Shown piece by piece: positions 10,801 through 22,928 of a stretch of 64,000 nt of DNA. How positions within the stretch are numbered: position 1 is the stretch's first letter; every line of letters starts with the position of its first letter. This DNA comes from the human T2T-CHM13v2.0 reference genome, Homo sapiens: the NCBI RefSeq assembly GCF_009914755.1, contig NC_060932.1. One strand, 5' to 3'. The notes under the pieces were generated by a model, which was given only the letters and a program-made list of their open reading frames with translations, was not told the origin of the DNA and searched no databases. A program made the position numbers and the translations under genes.

Positions 10801-13800
10801 GAGAATGCTGAAGTAGGCTGCTGATTTAAAATTTTCCTCTTCCCTGAAAATACACACACCTAGAGAATTTAGGGAAAGGCTCTTAGGGCTTGGGAATCTT
10901 ATCTTTTCATTCCCCACAAAATACCTACAAAGAAATGTCTAGTATTCCCTCAGTATTCCTCCTCGTATAGGCTCTGAAAGCAACCTCATTCCCACCCAGC
11001 CCTTGCACACCGGCATTCAAGATCCATGCATGCAGTTGTTGAAACTGTTTTCTTTGGGATCCTATCTTTATGACAACTGGAATGATTGTAGATTTATGAC
11101 CTCAAAGAGTAGAGCATTCCTTTTCCTATTTTCCCAGCTGCTAAAATATGACTGTCTCCATTAGAATTTAGAATCCGTCTTAAGCTTAGAGATGGTAAGA
11201 GCTGACTGGATGAGTCTAATTCTATGATTTGTGAGACATGCATTAAAACCGTCAGCAGAACATTCTGATGATCCACCTACACTCAAAGAAAACACAATTA
11301 ACACCACAGTTAAAACCTTCTAATGGAGCCCCTGTCTTAGGGATCAAGGTATTAGAGGTGCTGCTTCAGGGATGGTGCTACTTCAAAAGAACTGAAGTTG
11401 GAGAGACACCTCCCTTCCCAAATGCTTCTGCAGGCCACTCTGGTGATTCAGAAAACCCCAACCATATATTCCTTTACCAGCAGCGCCCACCCTTTTCCGT
11501 AACTCAGCTTACCAAAATCAGTGAAAATTGAGACAGTGCTTACCCATGAAATATGTGGTTTTTGAACAAAAACCCCAGAAGTTAGTTATTCTTATAGGAA
11601 ACTAAAGATGCCACCATTGTAAATCATAATACTACAGAGACAAATGCACAGGTCTCCCAACCACCTCAAAGTCAATACAGCCCATGTTTTCTGAGCACGT
11701 ACTGTGTGCTGGGCACCGTGCTGGACATGTGTGCTGCCTCATGACCCGACACCAAGCAAGTCACCTTGCCCTTGGCAAGGCAAGTCTCCCCTCATTTCTT
11801 TCATTTCAGTAGGACGTTCATCTTCAAAGAACAGACCACATAGGATGGTCTGCCCTCTCTGAACACTAACCTGGTTTGCTTTCTCACGCAGCAGTGCCAG
11901 GTAGCCTCCCAGGCGCACTGTGGCATCGCCCCCGCCTCTGTGAGCTGAACTCCCTCCGTGAGGGTCTGGACGTGAGGGCCCCTCCAGAGTCTTCCTCCCT
12001 GGTCAGTGATGAGGACAGGAGTGCAGGGAGGTGCCGCAGTGGTTGACAGGGTGGGAAGCCTGTGTGGCCGAGGGGAACTTGAACTCCGGCACCCCTTGCC
12101 TGCAGTTAGCCAAGGCAGAGACCAGGAAACCCTCTTGCACTTCCCATCTTCTCTCTCCAGCTCTTGTAGCGCTACCCTGGCCGTTCCTTCGGGGCTCCTG
12201 CTGTGTTCAGGAGCATCTTGCTCAGCTGGCCCCTCCTCCTCTCTAGAAACCGGGGGTCTGGGGTTCTGGAATTAGATCAGTGTCTGCTCTGCCTCAGGCC
12301 TCCCTGCCTCCTCATGGGCCCTGACTGCCAAGAAATAACAGTTGCTGGAGACATATCTTGATTTGGGGTCAGCGTAAGAACTTTCTAGAACCCAGAATCC
12401 AGCAAAGGCATGAGCTCCTTTGAGGTAGAGGTCTGGTTCCTGTCCTGCCACATTTCACGTGGAACTGTGGTAACTTGTCAGGGACATTGAACAAGGGACA
12501 TGGGTACCAAGCTGACCTGAGGACTCAGCTAACTAAAGTTCCACATTTCTTCCCTCCTTCCCTTGTCTACCTCTTTTCCGTCAAACGTAAGTGGTCCTCT
12601 AGGGGTTGGCTCTCTCATGGTCTTTCTCTTCTGATCTGCTCTGCCCCGTCGTGGGCATCTTGGAACCACCTCAGAAGCAAGGCCACAGCTGTGGACTGGT
12701 CCTCGTGAGAGTCTCCCTGGATCCTCTGTACCTGTAATAGGTACACAGTTACGTTATTATCCAACCTCCAATCCCCAAAAAGCCTCCTTAATTTGAAAGA
12801 GAAAAGGTATATGTGCCTTGCATTTTGTTATCGGTCCAGATTTTGCATCTGGTGGTGGCTGGGGTGCCATTGGGATTTTGGAATGGGAGCAGTTTGATTC
12901 CTCCCTCGGAAGGAACTCATGGCTCTCACAAACCAGTGTCTGTGGCAGTGACAAGTCACAGAATTTGTGTTTCAAGGCTTATTCCTTCTTCCCTTTAAGA
13001 CTTTTTCAACTTCCTGTCACTTCGGGCTGAGTCTCAATTTCAGTCATGTTTTGTGGCTTCCTTTGAGCACAGAAACCTCTCCTTTTCTTCCGTTACTGGA
13101 ACTAAGATCCCAGCGTAAACTCGTGAGAGTCATTTTTCCACGTCATCATTCGTTGGAGCTATTAAGCCCGAACACAGAATGACATTAGTGTTATACTAAT
13201 GTAAGCAGCAGCCACTCTGGTGATGTTGCATTGAACTCTTTTGTTCTTAAACCAGATTCACGGCGGGCAGGCACAGAGTTAGAAGAGTGGGCTGCAGGAA
13301 GACACGTGCTCAGCGGTGGCTGCTTTCAAGCAGCATTGTTTTTTGCCTTGAAAACCACATTTCATTATGTTAGAATCGGTGATCCCCTTAATACTGCATC
13401 TCTGAAAATGGGCACCATGAAACCAAAACCAAAGTTCTGGATGTGGGGGAGTGGAGCTTTTCTTTCGAAGCACTGGGAGCTTGGGCAGGGCGTCCCGACT
13501 GCCCCTCAGTTTTGCCGGAGCACTCGGAAGGGCCTCCTCTTTTCCTAGTAGTTGCCTCATGGTGACTCTAGAAAGCAAGTGTGTGCAGCCTGTGCCTCCC
13601 CGACCCATGGCGGGCGTCTAGATCAGGCCCTAGGAGCCTCCCCATCCCTGCCTCTTCTAGCCACTTCCCGGGGGGCTGTAGAGCACGGTCACAGGAAGGC
13701 CTCTGCTGGGCCGAGTCTGCGGTCCCTGAGCCATCACAGCACTGGCGTCTTCAGACACACCCTGGCTGCAAGGCAGGACACTCCCCCTGCCGAGAGACAC

Positions 13801-16800
13801 CATGTGCGTCATCATTGCCTCCCCTGGAAGAGCCCACAGCCTTCTATGATCTCCCCCCCGGGCTCGCCCTGCCTTCCACGGCCATGGTCACGTTGGGTAT
13901 GCAGTACTTTTCAAGGATAAATTTTTGTTTATGTTTTTTAAGTGCCTAAGCAAGATACAGACCTCTGGAACCTGCCAGAGAGTCGGCCTATGCCCTGTCC
14001 CCATCCCTCCCCACCCTGCACTGGCCCTTGAGGGTGGGCACAGGGCGGCTGCCCCTCTCCAGTGTCCCTGGCGTTCTGCAGGCAGAACAAGGCAAGGACA
14101 AGCTAGCGGGAGAGATCGCTTCACAGCCATATCAGGCTGGCTTCGTCACTGTTTTCCAGCGTTTCTTTCTTTAGGGCCGTTTCTGTTTATGTGGTTTGGT
14201 CTTGGTTCATAGAGAATTTAAGAGTCTGCTTAGGGAAATCTCAGTAGCCACTAAGAAGACAGGAGAGCAAGACAGCCTCAGAGCAGCATTCCAGCTCTGG
14301 CTTTGGTAGGAGTTGGAAATGTGTCCACATCCAAGAGGGCGAAGCGTCGAATCATCCTAGCTCATGAGCCTGCTGACTCACCTGCCAGCGTGAGCCACCG
14401 GAGCCCCAGCTGCCTTTCCGAGCCCTCTCTGCCTAGACTAGAGGGATCAGGGTGTCTGCTCGGGAGGGCTTGGGAAAGCCAGCAATCAGGCGTTCAGATC
14501 CCAAGTGTGTCTTTGGAAATGAGTGTGAGAGTATTTGTTTCTTTTTTAAAAAATAATTTAAGTCTGACCTAAATACGGGGCCTTTATTCTGTGATGGGTG
14601 TACGACAGATTATTTTGTGACTGCAGTCTGTTCAAATCACATCACTAAGCAGCGCTGAGATGATTTGTTGGTGCATTAAAAGGTTTTGCATCATGGAACA
14701 ATCCATACCCAGGCACTTTATTTTCATTAATAATCCAGCATTTTTGTTCAGACAATGTAATAACCCAAACACTGGGTATTCATATTTGACACATGGGCAA
14801 ACTTGCCAGTGGAATGGAATTGTGACCTGACAGAGAAGGGAAGGCAGGCTGACGAAGGTGATCGAATGGGAGAACAGTGCTGTGGTGATCATGAGAATGA
14901 GGCTTTTCTGTAGCATGTAAACCAAACCGGACCCTTGGCAGTTCGTCGTCCCTCAGTTCTCCAGATGCTATTTTTTGCAGGTTCTACCAAGTGCTTGTTG
15001 ATTACCCTAGTTGTAATTATCTAGGGAAGAGATGAATGTAAGTGAGAGTGCAGAGCACTGGGGAGGGTGACAGTGAAATGCAATTAGAGGCAGCAAGAGA
15101 GTCCTAGTCTGTTCTCACATAACCGGACTTGAACGCTCCAGTGCGAGCAGAGTGCTGGGGGTGGATTCCACTGCCGAACCACGGCAGCTTTGCTTTACTC
15201 TTCAGCATGGGGGTGGTAACTAGCTGCACAGCAAGTTATGAAATGGAAAGCAAGCTTAACAGCTGTAATCTCATCGGATACCCTGGAGCAAATGCCTTGG
15301 GATTGCCTGAAGTGAAGTGTTTAGCATCCACCAAATAGTTGAGTTTCTAAGATGGGCCATGCGGGATCCCTGCCACACGGGTGTGGGGGCAGCGCGCTCC
15401 TCCCTGCCTCGGCTGCTGTGTGTCTTAGTCTTCATGTTTCCCCTTGGCGTCTCCTCTGGTCCCTGTCCATCTTGTGCACCATGTGTCCCTGAGGGCGAGT
15501 CACACCTGTGTCTTGAGTCTGCTGTAAGGTGTTCAGTCTACCTCAAGGGGTCATCATGGTAAGCTCTATCCCACGGCATCCTCCGTCCATCACCACACAC
15601 ACTGGAATGTATCCCCCCCGCCCTGCCCCTTCGATAACCTCCTGACCTTGTCTTTCCTATAATCACCACAAACTCCTAGTGCAAATTGGATGCTGCTTTA
15701 AATGTGAAAACAATTGTTCAAAAGCTATAAAACCTGAATGAAAGCTGAAGCTGAATTTATAAGCCTTGTTGCATATGAGCCAAAAGTGCAAAAAGCTCTA
15801 TATAATGAACTAACCTGCCACTCGTATAAATATAAATATATATAAATATATTAAAATCAGACTGTTCTACAAAATTGTGTATTTGTATTTTTGTGTACGT
15901 ACAATTTTCTGCTAAGCAGAAGGAGGATGTAGTATAGGATGCTGTGAGAAGAGATTTGGTTTAATCCTATTTCTTTGTTACTTATTTTTGTTAACATCAG
16001 ATGCCTGTCTTTGTCTTATATGTGTATGACACTGTTTGGAAAGCTGCAGTATCTCTCTTCCTGAGGTCCAGAGGCCATTAAAGAATAAACATGGGGCTTA
16101 GAGGTGTCTTGGCCACCAAACACAGGTAAGCCAACAGAGTTCGGCTCCCGTACGTGGTGTGGTGGGACCTGGGGCCTGGAGCCACTTGTACTCCTGGGGT
16201 GGGACTGAGGGAGGGAAAGGGCTCCCCCACTTCAGGCTGGTCACTGTATGTTGACTTCCCTCTGGGAAGCAAAATTCCACTTGTAAAAATCAGCTTCCAA
16301 GACAAAAGATGATCCGATGTCACTTCTGGGTCACCAGGAAGGGACACAGGATCTCTCTGAACTTTGGAACAGACCCTCATATTCTGGGGCCAGAAGTTTG
16401 CCCAGAAAGCAGCAGGTGGCTCTGCCTGGCTGTAGAGCCCAGCTCATTGGCTGTCCCTGGGCTTCGTCTCCCTCTTCCGAGTAGTTGCTGCCTTTCTTCA
16501 GATCAGGTTACCACAATGCCTCCCCGCTGCTGACGCTTCATCCCCCACACCTCCAGCCCCAGTTACCTGGAGCTTCTCAGAACCCACTTTGCCGGTGCTA
16601 AAACACAAGAGGGGGTGAAAGTGGCTGCCAGTAATGGCCAGAAACCAACCACCAGAGGCCAGGCTGAAAGACAAGCTCCGGGTGTCCAGGGGCTGACGGG
16701 CCAACCATGTGGCAGGTCCCAGGCCCCACCCACTGCGCCATCCGCCTCTGAGCTCCACAGTGGTCCCACTAATGGGAACCTCCTCTAGGGAGAGTGATAC

Positions 16801-16909
16801 TGCACCTTCACCCGTAGGACTCATATTTATAACAATGTGTAATGGCTGTAGCAAAAAGCCCTTGTTTCTAGATGTAAATGGTCAAAGAAACAAGCGCTCT
16901 ATTGTTTTG

Positions 16910-17088
16910 AATAAAATAGTTCAAATGAGTCCTGTATCATTGTATCTCCTATTCTGGATTAGTGCCTTTTGGACAGTAGACTGTTCTGTAATTAAAATGT
17001 AGTATACTGCTTTTTTGTACAGTTTTGTTTTAATAAAACTTTTTTTTAATTTGTGTTTATTTTAGTATTGTACCTATTAGAGAATAAA
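16910..17088 (+). terminator. HMBOX1: Distal poly(A) signal cluster, probably HMBOX1
   Basis: AATAAA at 16910, 17032 and 17083; ATTAAA at 16991; several UGUA elements and U/GU-rich sequence; no other + strand gene is evident. Confidence 0.7.
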
Positions 17089-19461
17089 ATGTATAACTGA
17101 ATACAGACTGACTGGGATTTCTTTGGATCAAAGTGATCATTTGGGAAGTGACCGACCCAAACAAAGAGAAGTGTTCCATTTTGAACACTGGTCCCTTTGT
17201 GCGTTTACAATGACTGGAGAAGTCTCCTGCGGACTGCTGCATGCCACCTGAGTAAGAGGGCAACACCGAGCCAGGAAAGCCCCTCTATACGTCCCACTCC
17301 CTGACCCTCCAGCCTGTGTTTGGCACATGTCTAGATGACACCAGGAGAGGCTGTGCCTTCCGGGAGTCCCCAGACTGCACCCTCAATATGGCACATGCCC
17401 ACCCGGCCTGCCTTCTCCCCACCATCTTCAAGCTACACGATCACAAAGATCTGGCCGCCCCTAAAACCATCAGGATCCTAGGAGCTCTCCCCGCACTGGG
17501 AGTGCAGCCTCTGACTTACGCCGAGCAGCTGAAGCCCATGCAGCTTTTCTCTTCCATTCCAGGCCACGCCCTGAGCCTCATTTTCTTAAAAGAGCTCTGT
17601 CTCTCTTGGGGCCGCACCTTCAGCAGTAAATAAAAAACACAACACAGTAAATAAAGCCAAGCTTTCATTACTGGTTTTCTCTAAAGGCTTCCATTTGTTG
17701 GCATCAAATTCTTAAGCAGGACTCGAGGACAAGGTGCCCCGGCCTCCCTCTCCCTTCTCAGGAAACCTAAGACACAAAGGGTGTGTCTTCACATGCATCA
17801 CGAGAAAAGATTATGCAAAATTTTCAGCTGCCGCAAACGCTGTTGAAGTTGCCAAGTAGAGGCGGGGAGGGGTTCGGGGTTGGGGTGTGAGGGTAGGGGC
17901 CAGCCCTGAGGACATCCCCACCCATGTTCCCCTTTCTTCGCCCCAGATTGCTATTTCTGCTTAAGCAGAAGCGCTGGTGAACCAACCTTCCCACAGCCCA
18001 CCCAACCCTTCTCCATGTGTACCACATAGCCCAGACATCTCCCGACTGCCCTGTGTCCTCAGAGCACTCTAGGGCCAACACCCTCAACCCCCCAGGCCCT
18101 CCTGGGTGCATCAGTGCCACCCTACCATGGCACCCATCATGACAGCTTGCTTCTGTACACTCCATGAGGATAGGCACAGGGTATGTGAATGTTAGTTAAG
18201 TGACTGACAGTGAGTGGAAGGAATGAACTGGGTGTGACATCCATTAGAGCCCATTTCAGGGTCTGGGCAACGCTGAAAAAACCACACAGCCTTGGGCAAG
18301 CAAAAGACATCTCATTGAGTTGCAAGATAGTAGTAGCTTGAAAAATAAGATCCACTCGAGGTGCTATATCAATACTATGTTCAGAGTCCTGCCTCATTCA
18401 GAGCAGGGCATCTCCTGCTGCCAAATTCCTGTCATTATTCGGCAGCGCTTGTCTCCAAGCATTCTTCTGCACTGAGGAATGTAAACCAGCCCTGCCCGGC
18501 TGTGCTGGCTGATGGACAGCTCTGGTCAGCCCTCAGAGTGGCCGAGCCCTCCACTTGCAAGTGTATTTCATATCCAAGGGCCAACTGATTCGCTGGCATA
18601 GCAAGAAAAGCTTTACATGGGGCCACAAGCACCTCTGCGTCCTTGTGGGAATGTGCACTGGCTGCCGGCATCCCTCACTGGTACTGGACTGGGGCCTTGT
18701 GGCTGAGTGGGAATCTACTGGCGAATGGAAGGAAGCCAAGTCATCTTCCCGGGCTCGAAGGCTGGACCCAGCATCCTCGGTACCATTCTAGGCCCACGCT
18801 GGGCACAGCTGGGCGGGGTGGCTGCAGAATGCAGGCCTCATCAGAGAGCAGGGCCAGGCAACACCAATGTCAGCCCCACAACCATGATCCCCAGCTTCCC
18901 AAAACACCTCGTTACAGAACCCCTCCCCCCGCCAGAGGCTGCCCACCTCTGCAGCAGGGGAAAGAAGTCCTCTCACCCCAGTTTGAGGGGAGAGGGGAGG
19001 TCCAGTGTGGGGACCAACACGAAGGTCACAGCAGACAGTGGAGTCATGCCTGAGAGCCAAGGAGAGTCCCTACCAGGTCACCTGTCTCCCAGTAGCACCA
19101 CTTACCTGGGGTCGAAGGGCCCCAGAAAGTTTCCATGGTTCCTGGCTTCAGTAAGGGGCTGAAGTCCAAACAAGGAAAGATGACTCAGAACCGGGGGGCC
19201 TCCTGGGCTCTTAAGTCCAAATCATGAAGAGTTCAGCCTCTGAAGTCCATGGGCTGGGGAGGCGAGCACGGCCTGCTGCTGTTCCCTGATCCTCCTCCTC
19301 CCAGTCTCAGTCTGGAAAAGCCCCGCACCACCTTTGCTGAGAACAAGGCCACACCATGACAGGATGGCCTGCCAGGAGCCCCAAAACCCTATGTTGGGGT
19401 GAGGGGAAGGAGAAGCAACAAGACTGGCCTCAGACATGATGCAGGTGAGAAATGGTCTGGT

Positions 19462-19467
19462 TTTATT
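19462..19467 (-). terminator. KIF13B: KIF13B poly(A) signal (AATAAA on -), cleavage ~19445-19450
   Basis: tttatt on +; preceded in transcript sense by AU-rich sequence with UGUA elements. Confidence 0.8.
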
Positions 19468-22104
19468 GAGAAGCTGTTGGTCATTTGATGGAAAGACACA
19501 TACGGTACAAAATTACAGGTGGTTTAGTTCATTACATGATACAAATCATTAGAGTCTTTACAAGTCATTAGAGTCTTTGGATTTTTTAAACTCCCATTTA
19601 CTGTGTACCAAATCAATATAATCACAGAATCAAAGTCACTTCTTTATATGTGAACTCTTCGCATTTACACGAATCCACACATAGAGAAGCTGTTCCAAGA
19701 CCCCCCAACACCATTAGTGTCTGCAGCCCACCAGGAAGGCACCACGGACTTTGTGGAGAGAAAGATGCTTTGGGGGTTCAATGGGTCAGTATCTTGGGCA
19801 GGAAGCACAGGGTGACTCCCGTCTTGTGTGCGTGCGCACAGCCACCAACACACACTCTCAGGACTTCCCGTTTCACATACAGGGAACTTTTAAGGCAAGA
19901 GGAGAAAATGCTAGGAAGTAACGGGGGATCAGAACTCCTCCACCTCTCAGGCTCCAGCAGTCACATTCCCAGCTCCGTTCTCTTGTTGAACCTTGGTAGG
20001 CCCAGAAACATCTTCCCCCTCCTCACCTCTGCCCTCCCGCTCCCTCTGGTCAGGCCTGGGTACCCAGGAACCCAGTCACACACCTGCCCCCTGTCCCCTC
20101 TGCTGCTGGACGCAGTGCCCGGGGCAGAAGTGAGCCTTCTCACCCTGGAGCCTCAGTCCTTCATAAGGGCCCGAGGGAAGTGGCGGGGTGGGGCCAGGGA
20201 TGTTCTGGGCACACAATGGGGAGGCAGGGCCCCCAGAAGCATCCCCCACCCCCATCTCTGACAGCGCCGCGTGTGCAGTTACTGCCCTTCCCGGCCTTGG
20301 GTGCCATCTGCGGGCCGACCCACACTAAGGTGCCACTCCTGGGGCCTTCCAGGAGCGCATCGGGAGTCCTAAGGCGGGTGGGCGGGCAGGCGTTCTTGGG
20401 AGGTGAGTCTGCTGGTCAGGGAGGCAAGAAAAGAAGATAGAAGACGGAGGCCAGCCCGCCCTGGCCCACCACTCTGGAGACCGCACCTCCTGCCTGCCAA
20501 GTGCTGGCCCGGGGTCAGCGGGGCTCACTGCCTTGGTGACCACGTCACTGCACATCCCTCTTTCCCAGCCACAAGCTGACATTAGTCCGCACCGAGAAGC
20601 AAGAGTGAACAGGGCCTGGGCCCAAATCCACCTGCTCAAGTCAGGAACTCTGGCTCGTTCTACTCCACTGTAAGTCAAACCGATGGTAAAAAGCACGACA
20701 CACACGTCCCCCAGGACTTTCCCAAGATGGTGCTACAGGAGGCCGCTGCTGGGTGGATGGCTCAGCCACCACGAAGTGCCAGGTCCCACCCACGCTGCCC
20801 GTCCGCCACCATTCCCAGAGCGTCCCCACTACACGGCCCAGGCGTTTCCCCTCAGGGCAGCAGCAGTGCTGGCCTCTCACCCAGGCCATAGTGACACCAG
20901 CGGACCCAAAAACAAACTTCTCAGTGAAACAGGTTTTAAAAAGAAAGCCGCTGTGCTGGGAAGCGGGTTGAGTTAAAGGGCAAGGCAGAGGTGACAGCTC
21001 TTCATCCAGGGACAGGTGCCACAGGGTTCCCTCAAAATCGGCTAAGGACAGGGAGAGCCCTGGAGGAGTGCCTCCCCCCAGGGGCCGGGCCCTCTGCCAG
21101 CCCGGCCGCAGCCTTCGTGTCCCTCGCCAACTGGGGAGAGAAAGACAACCTGTCCTCGCAGCCAGGGCTGGGACAGGCCCACCATGGAGACTACTCTGTT
21201 GGCGCCTTCAAGTCCCTAGAGAACCAGAGCCTTCCGCAGCGCTTTCTAGATGTTGACTAAATGTGAGAACTAGAAACCAGCTCCAAGGGTGGCTGTGTGA
21301 ATCTTGACCCAGGACTCCTGTCCCTAGATTGGTGGCCTTCCACACATAGACGCTAACCCCCATCCCACAAACCTGGCACCAAAGGCTCTGGGAGCATAAG
21401 TGCCCCAGCCAGGAGGTGGAGGCCACCCCGGAAGCTTCCGGCTGTCCCGCCCACACCATGCACGGTGGGCCTGGGGGCGTGGCTGCTGTGAGGGTCTGGA
21501 GACTAACCAGCACACTCCCTGCACCAGCCCAGCCGCCAGGCCCCAGCCCCACACTCTGAGAGTCTGGGAGTTGCCGAGAAGTTAAAATGACCCAAAGACC
21601 TTCCTAGAAACCAAAAGTGCACCAAATAAAGTAGCAATGCCTCTTCCTTTGTCACCGACTACAGAAGCACATCATTCTCCCAGGTTTTTGCTCTCATCCA
21701 AGTTAAGAGTAAGGCCACTGTGGATCCGCAATAGAGGGATGTGAGGAGGGGGCTTTATCCTCTGCCGTCCCCAGGACCCTCCACCTGGGCAGGAGGCCAG
21801 CAGCTCTGCAATGGCCAGAGAGGCTGCAACGTGCAAGGCAGGCCCTGGGCCCCCCCACACAGGCAGACGACGATTGCGGCTCGCAAATGATTTCGGATTT
21901 TGAAAAAATAAATATAAATAAATACATTCCAAGCCTTCTGTGAAGGGAATAAACGGCAAACATAAGAGACTTTCCAGGTGTCTAAAGATGCCAAAACATC
22001 CACAGAGAAACCGCTAAGAAACCCTGGCAGAGGAGGGATGGGGGGGCTCAGGCCCTCGGCCCCCGTCTGGGGCACCAGGACCATCTGCCAGAGCCCAGGG
22101 CCCT

Positions 22105-22202
22105 CCAGAGGCACTTGTGGAACCTGGGACCAGGGTGGGAGGCTGGGGGGTCCCCCAGAGGCACTTTGCGGGAAACTGGGACCAGGGTGGGAGGCTGGGG
22201 GG
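22105..22202. repeat. ~50-bp two-copy tandem repeat in KIF13B 3'UTR
   Basis: ccagaggcactt...ctgggaccagggtgggaggctgggggg at 22105-22150 and 22155-22202. Confidence 0.85.
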
Positions 22203-22665
22203 CTTGCGGAGTGAGCCAGGACATCCTGGGTGGGTGGGGGGGCTTGCCCTCCAGTGGGGAGGAAAGGCACTGGTTACAATTATGGTTTAGGTTAAGACAT
22301 TAGTGGGGCCACCAGAATGGAAATGATAGAAAGAGCAACATAAGGCCCCAGGCACAGGCACACAGCAAGATCACCAGGCGCTGCACCACCCAGGGTCTCA
22401 GTCCTAGCATCCCCCAGCCCCTGCGGGCACCCAGAACCTTCCATCCACCGGAGGAGGCACAGTTGAGGCCCCCACTTTACCCGGGTACAGAAGAAACAAA
22501 GCTTCCAGAGGCCCAGGGAGGTCACCAGCCCTGTGTCGTGCAAAAAGCATTCATCGCCCTGCCCCTGGGGAAGGGGCCACCGGGCTCCTGGCTCCTCAGG
22601 GCTGTCACTGGCAGGGCTCAAAAGGGGCCGGGCACCCCCAGAAAAGTTCGCCCTAAGGCAGCGGC

Positions 22666-22928
22666 TCAGCTGGCCCAGGATTTCCGGTTCTCAGGGTTCT
22701 TGTGGCTCCTGTCGGCCTTGGCCAGGGCAGCTGTCAGCGAGGCCAGGTTGGTGGCGGAGCCCGAGAGGGTGGCGCTCCGGCGGGCCTCGGGGGCACCCAG
22801 CCGGAGTCCTGTGCTGCGCCGCCGCACAGGGCCCGTGGCCCTGCGGACCCGGCTGGGCCTGACCAGCAGCCCGTAGCCAGGGTTACACCTGAAGTACTGC
22901 TTCCCGCCGATGGAACCGTCATTCTTAC
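22666..22928 (-). CDS. KIF13B: KIF13B last coding exon (exon 40): (G)KNDGSIGGKQYFRCNPGYGLLVRPSRV...NPENRKSWAS*; C-terminal half of CAP-Gly
   Basis: Acceptor ttcccccgcag|GT; CAP-Gly signature GKNDG...YF.C...G; stop TGA at 22666-22668. Confidence 0.97.

Larger units (their letters stand above)
19445..22665 (-). other. KIF13B: KIF13B 3'UTR (~3.2 kb)
   Basis: Lies between the stop codon (22666-22668) and the poly(A) signal; Alu-free. Confidence 0.8.

Noticed and set aside
19650-20261. 203-aa + strand ORF
   Set aside because: GTG start, antisense to the KIF13B 3'UTR, no recognisable protein features.
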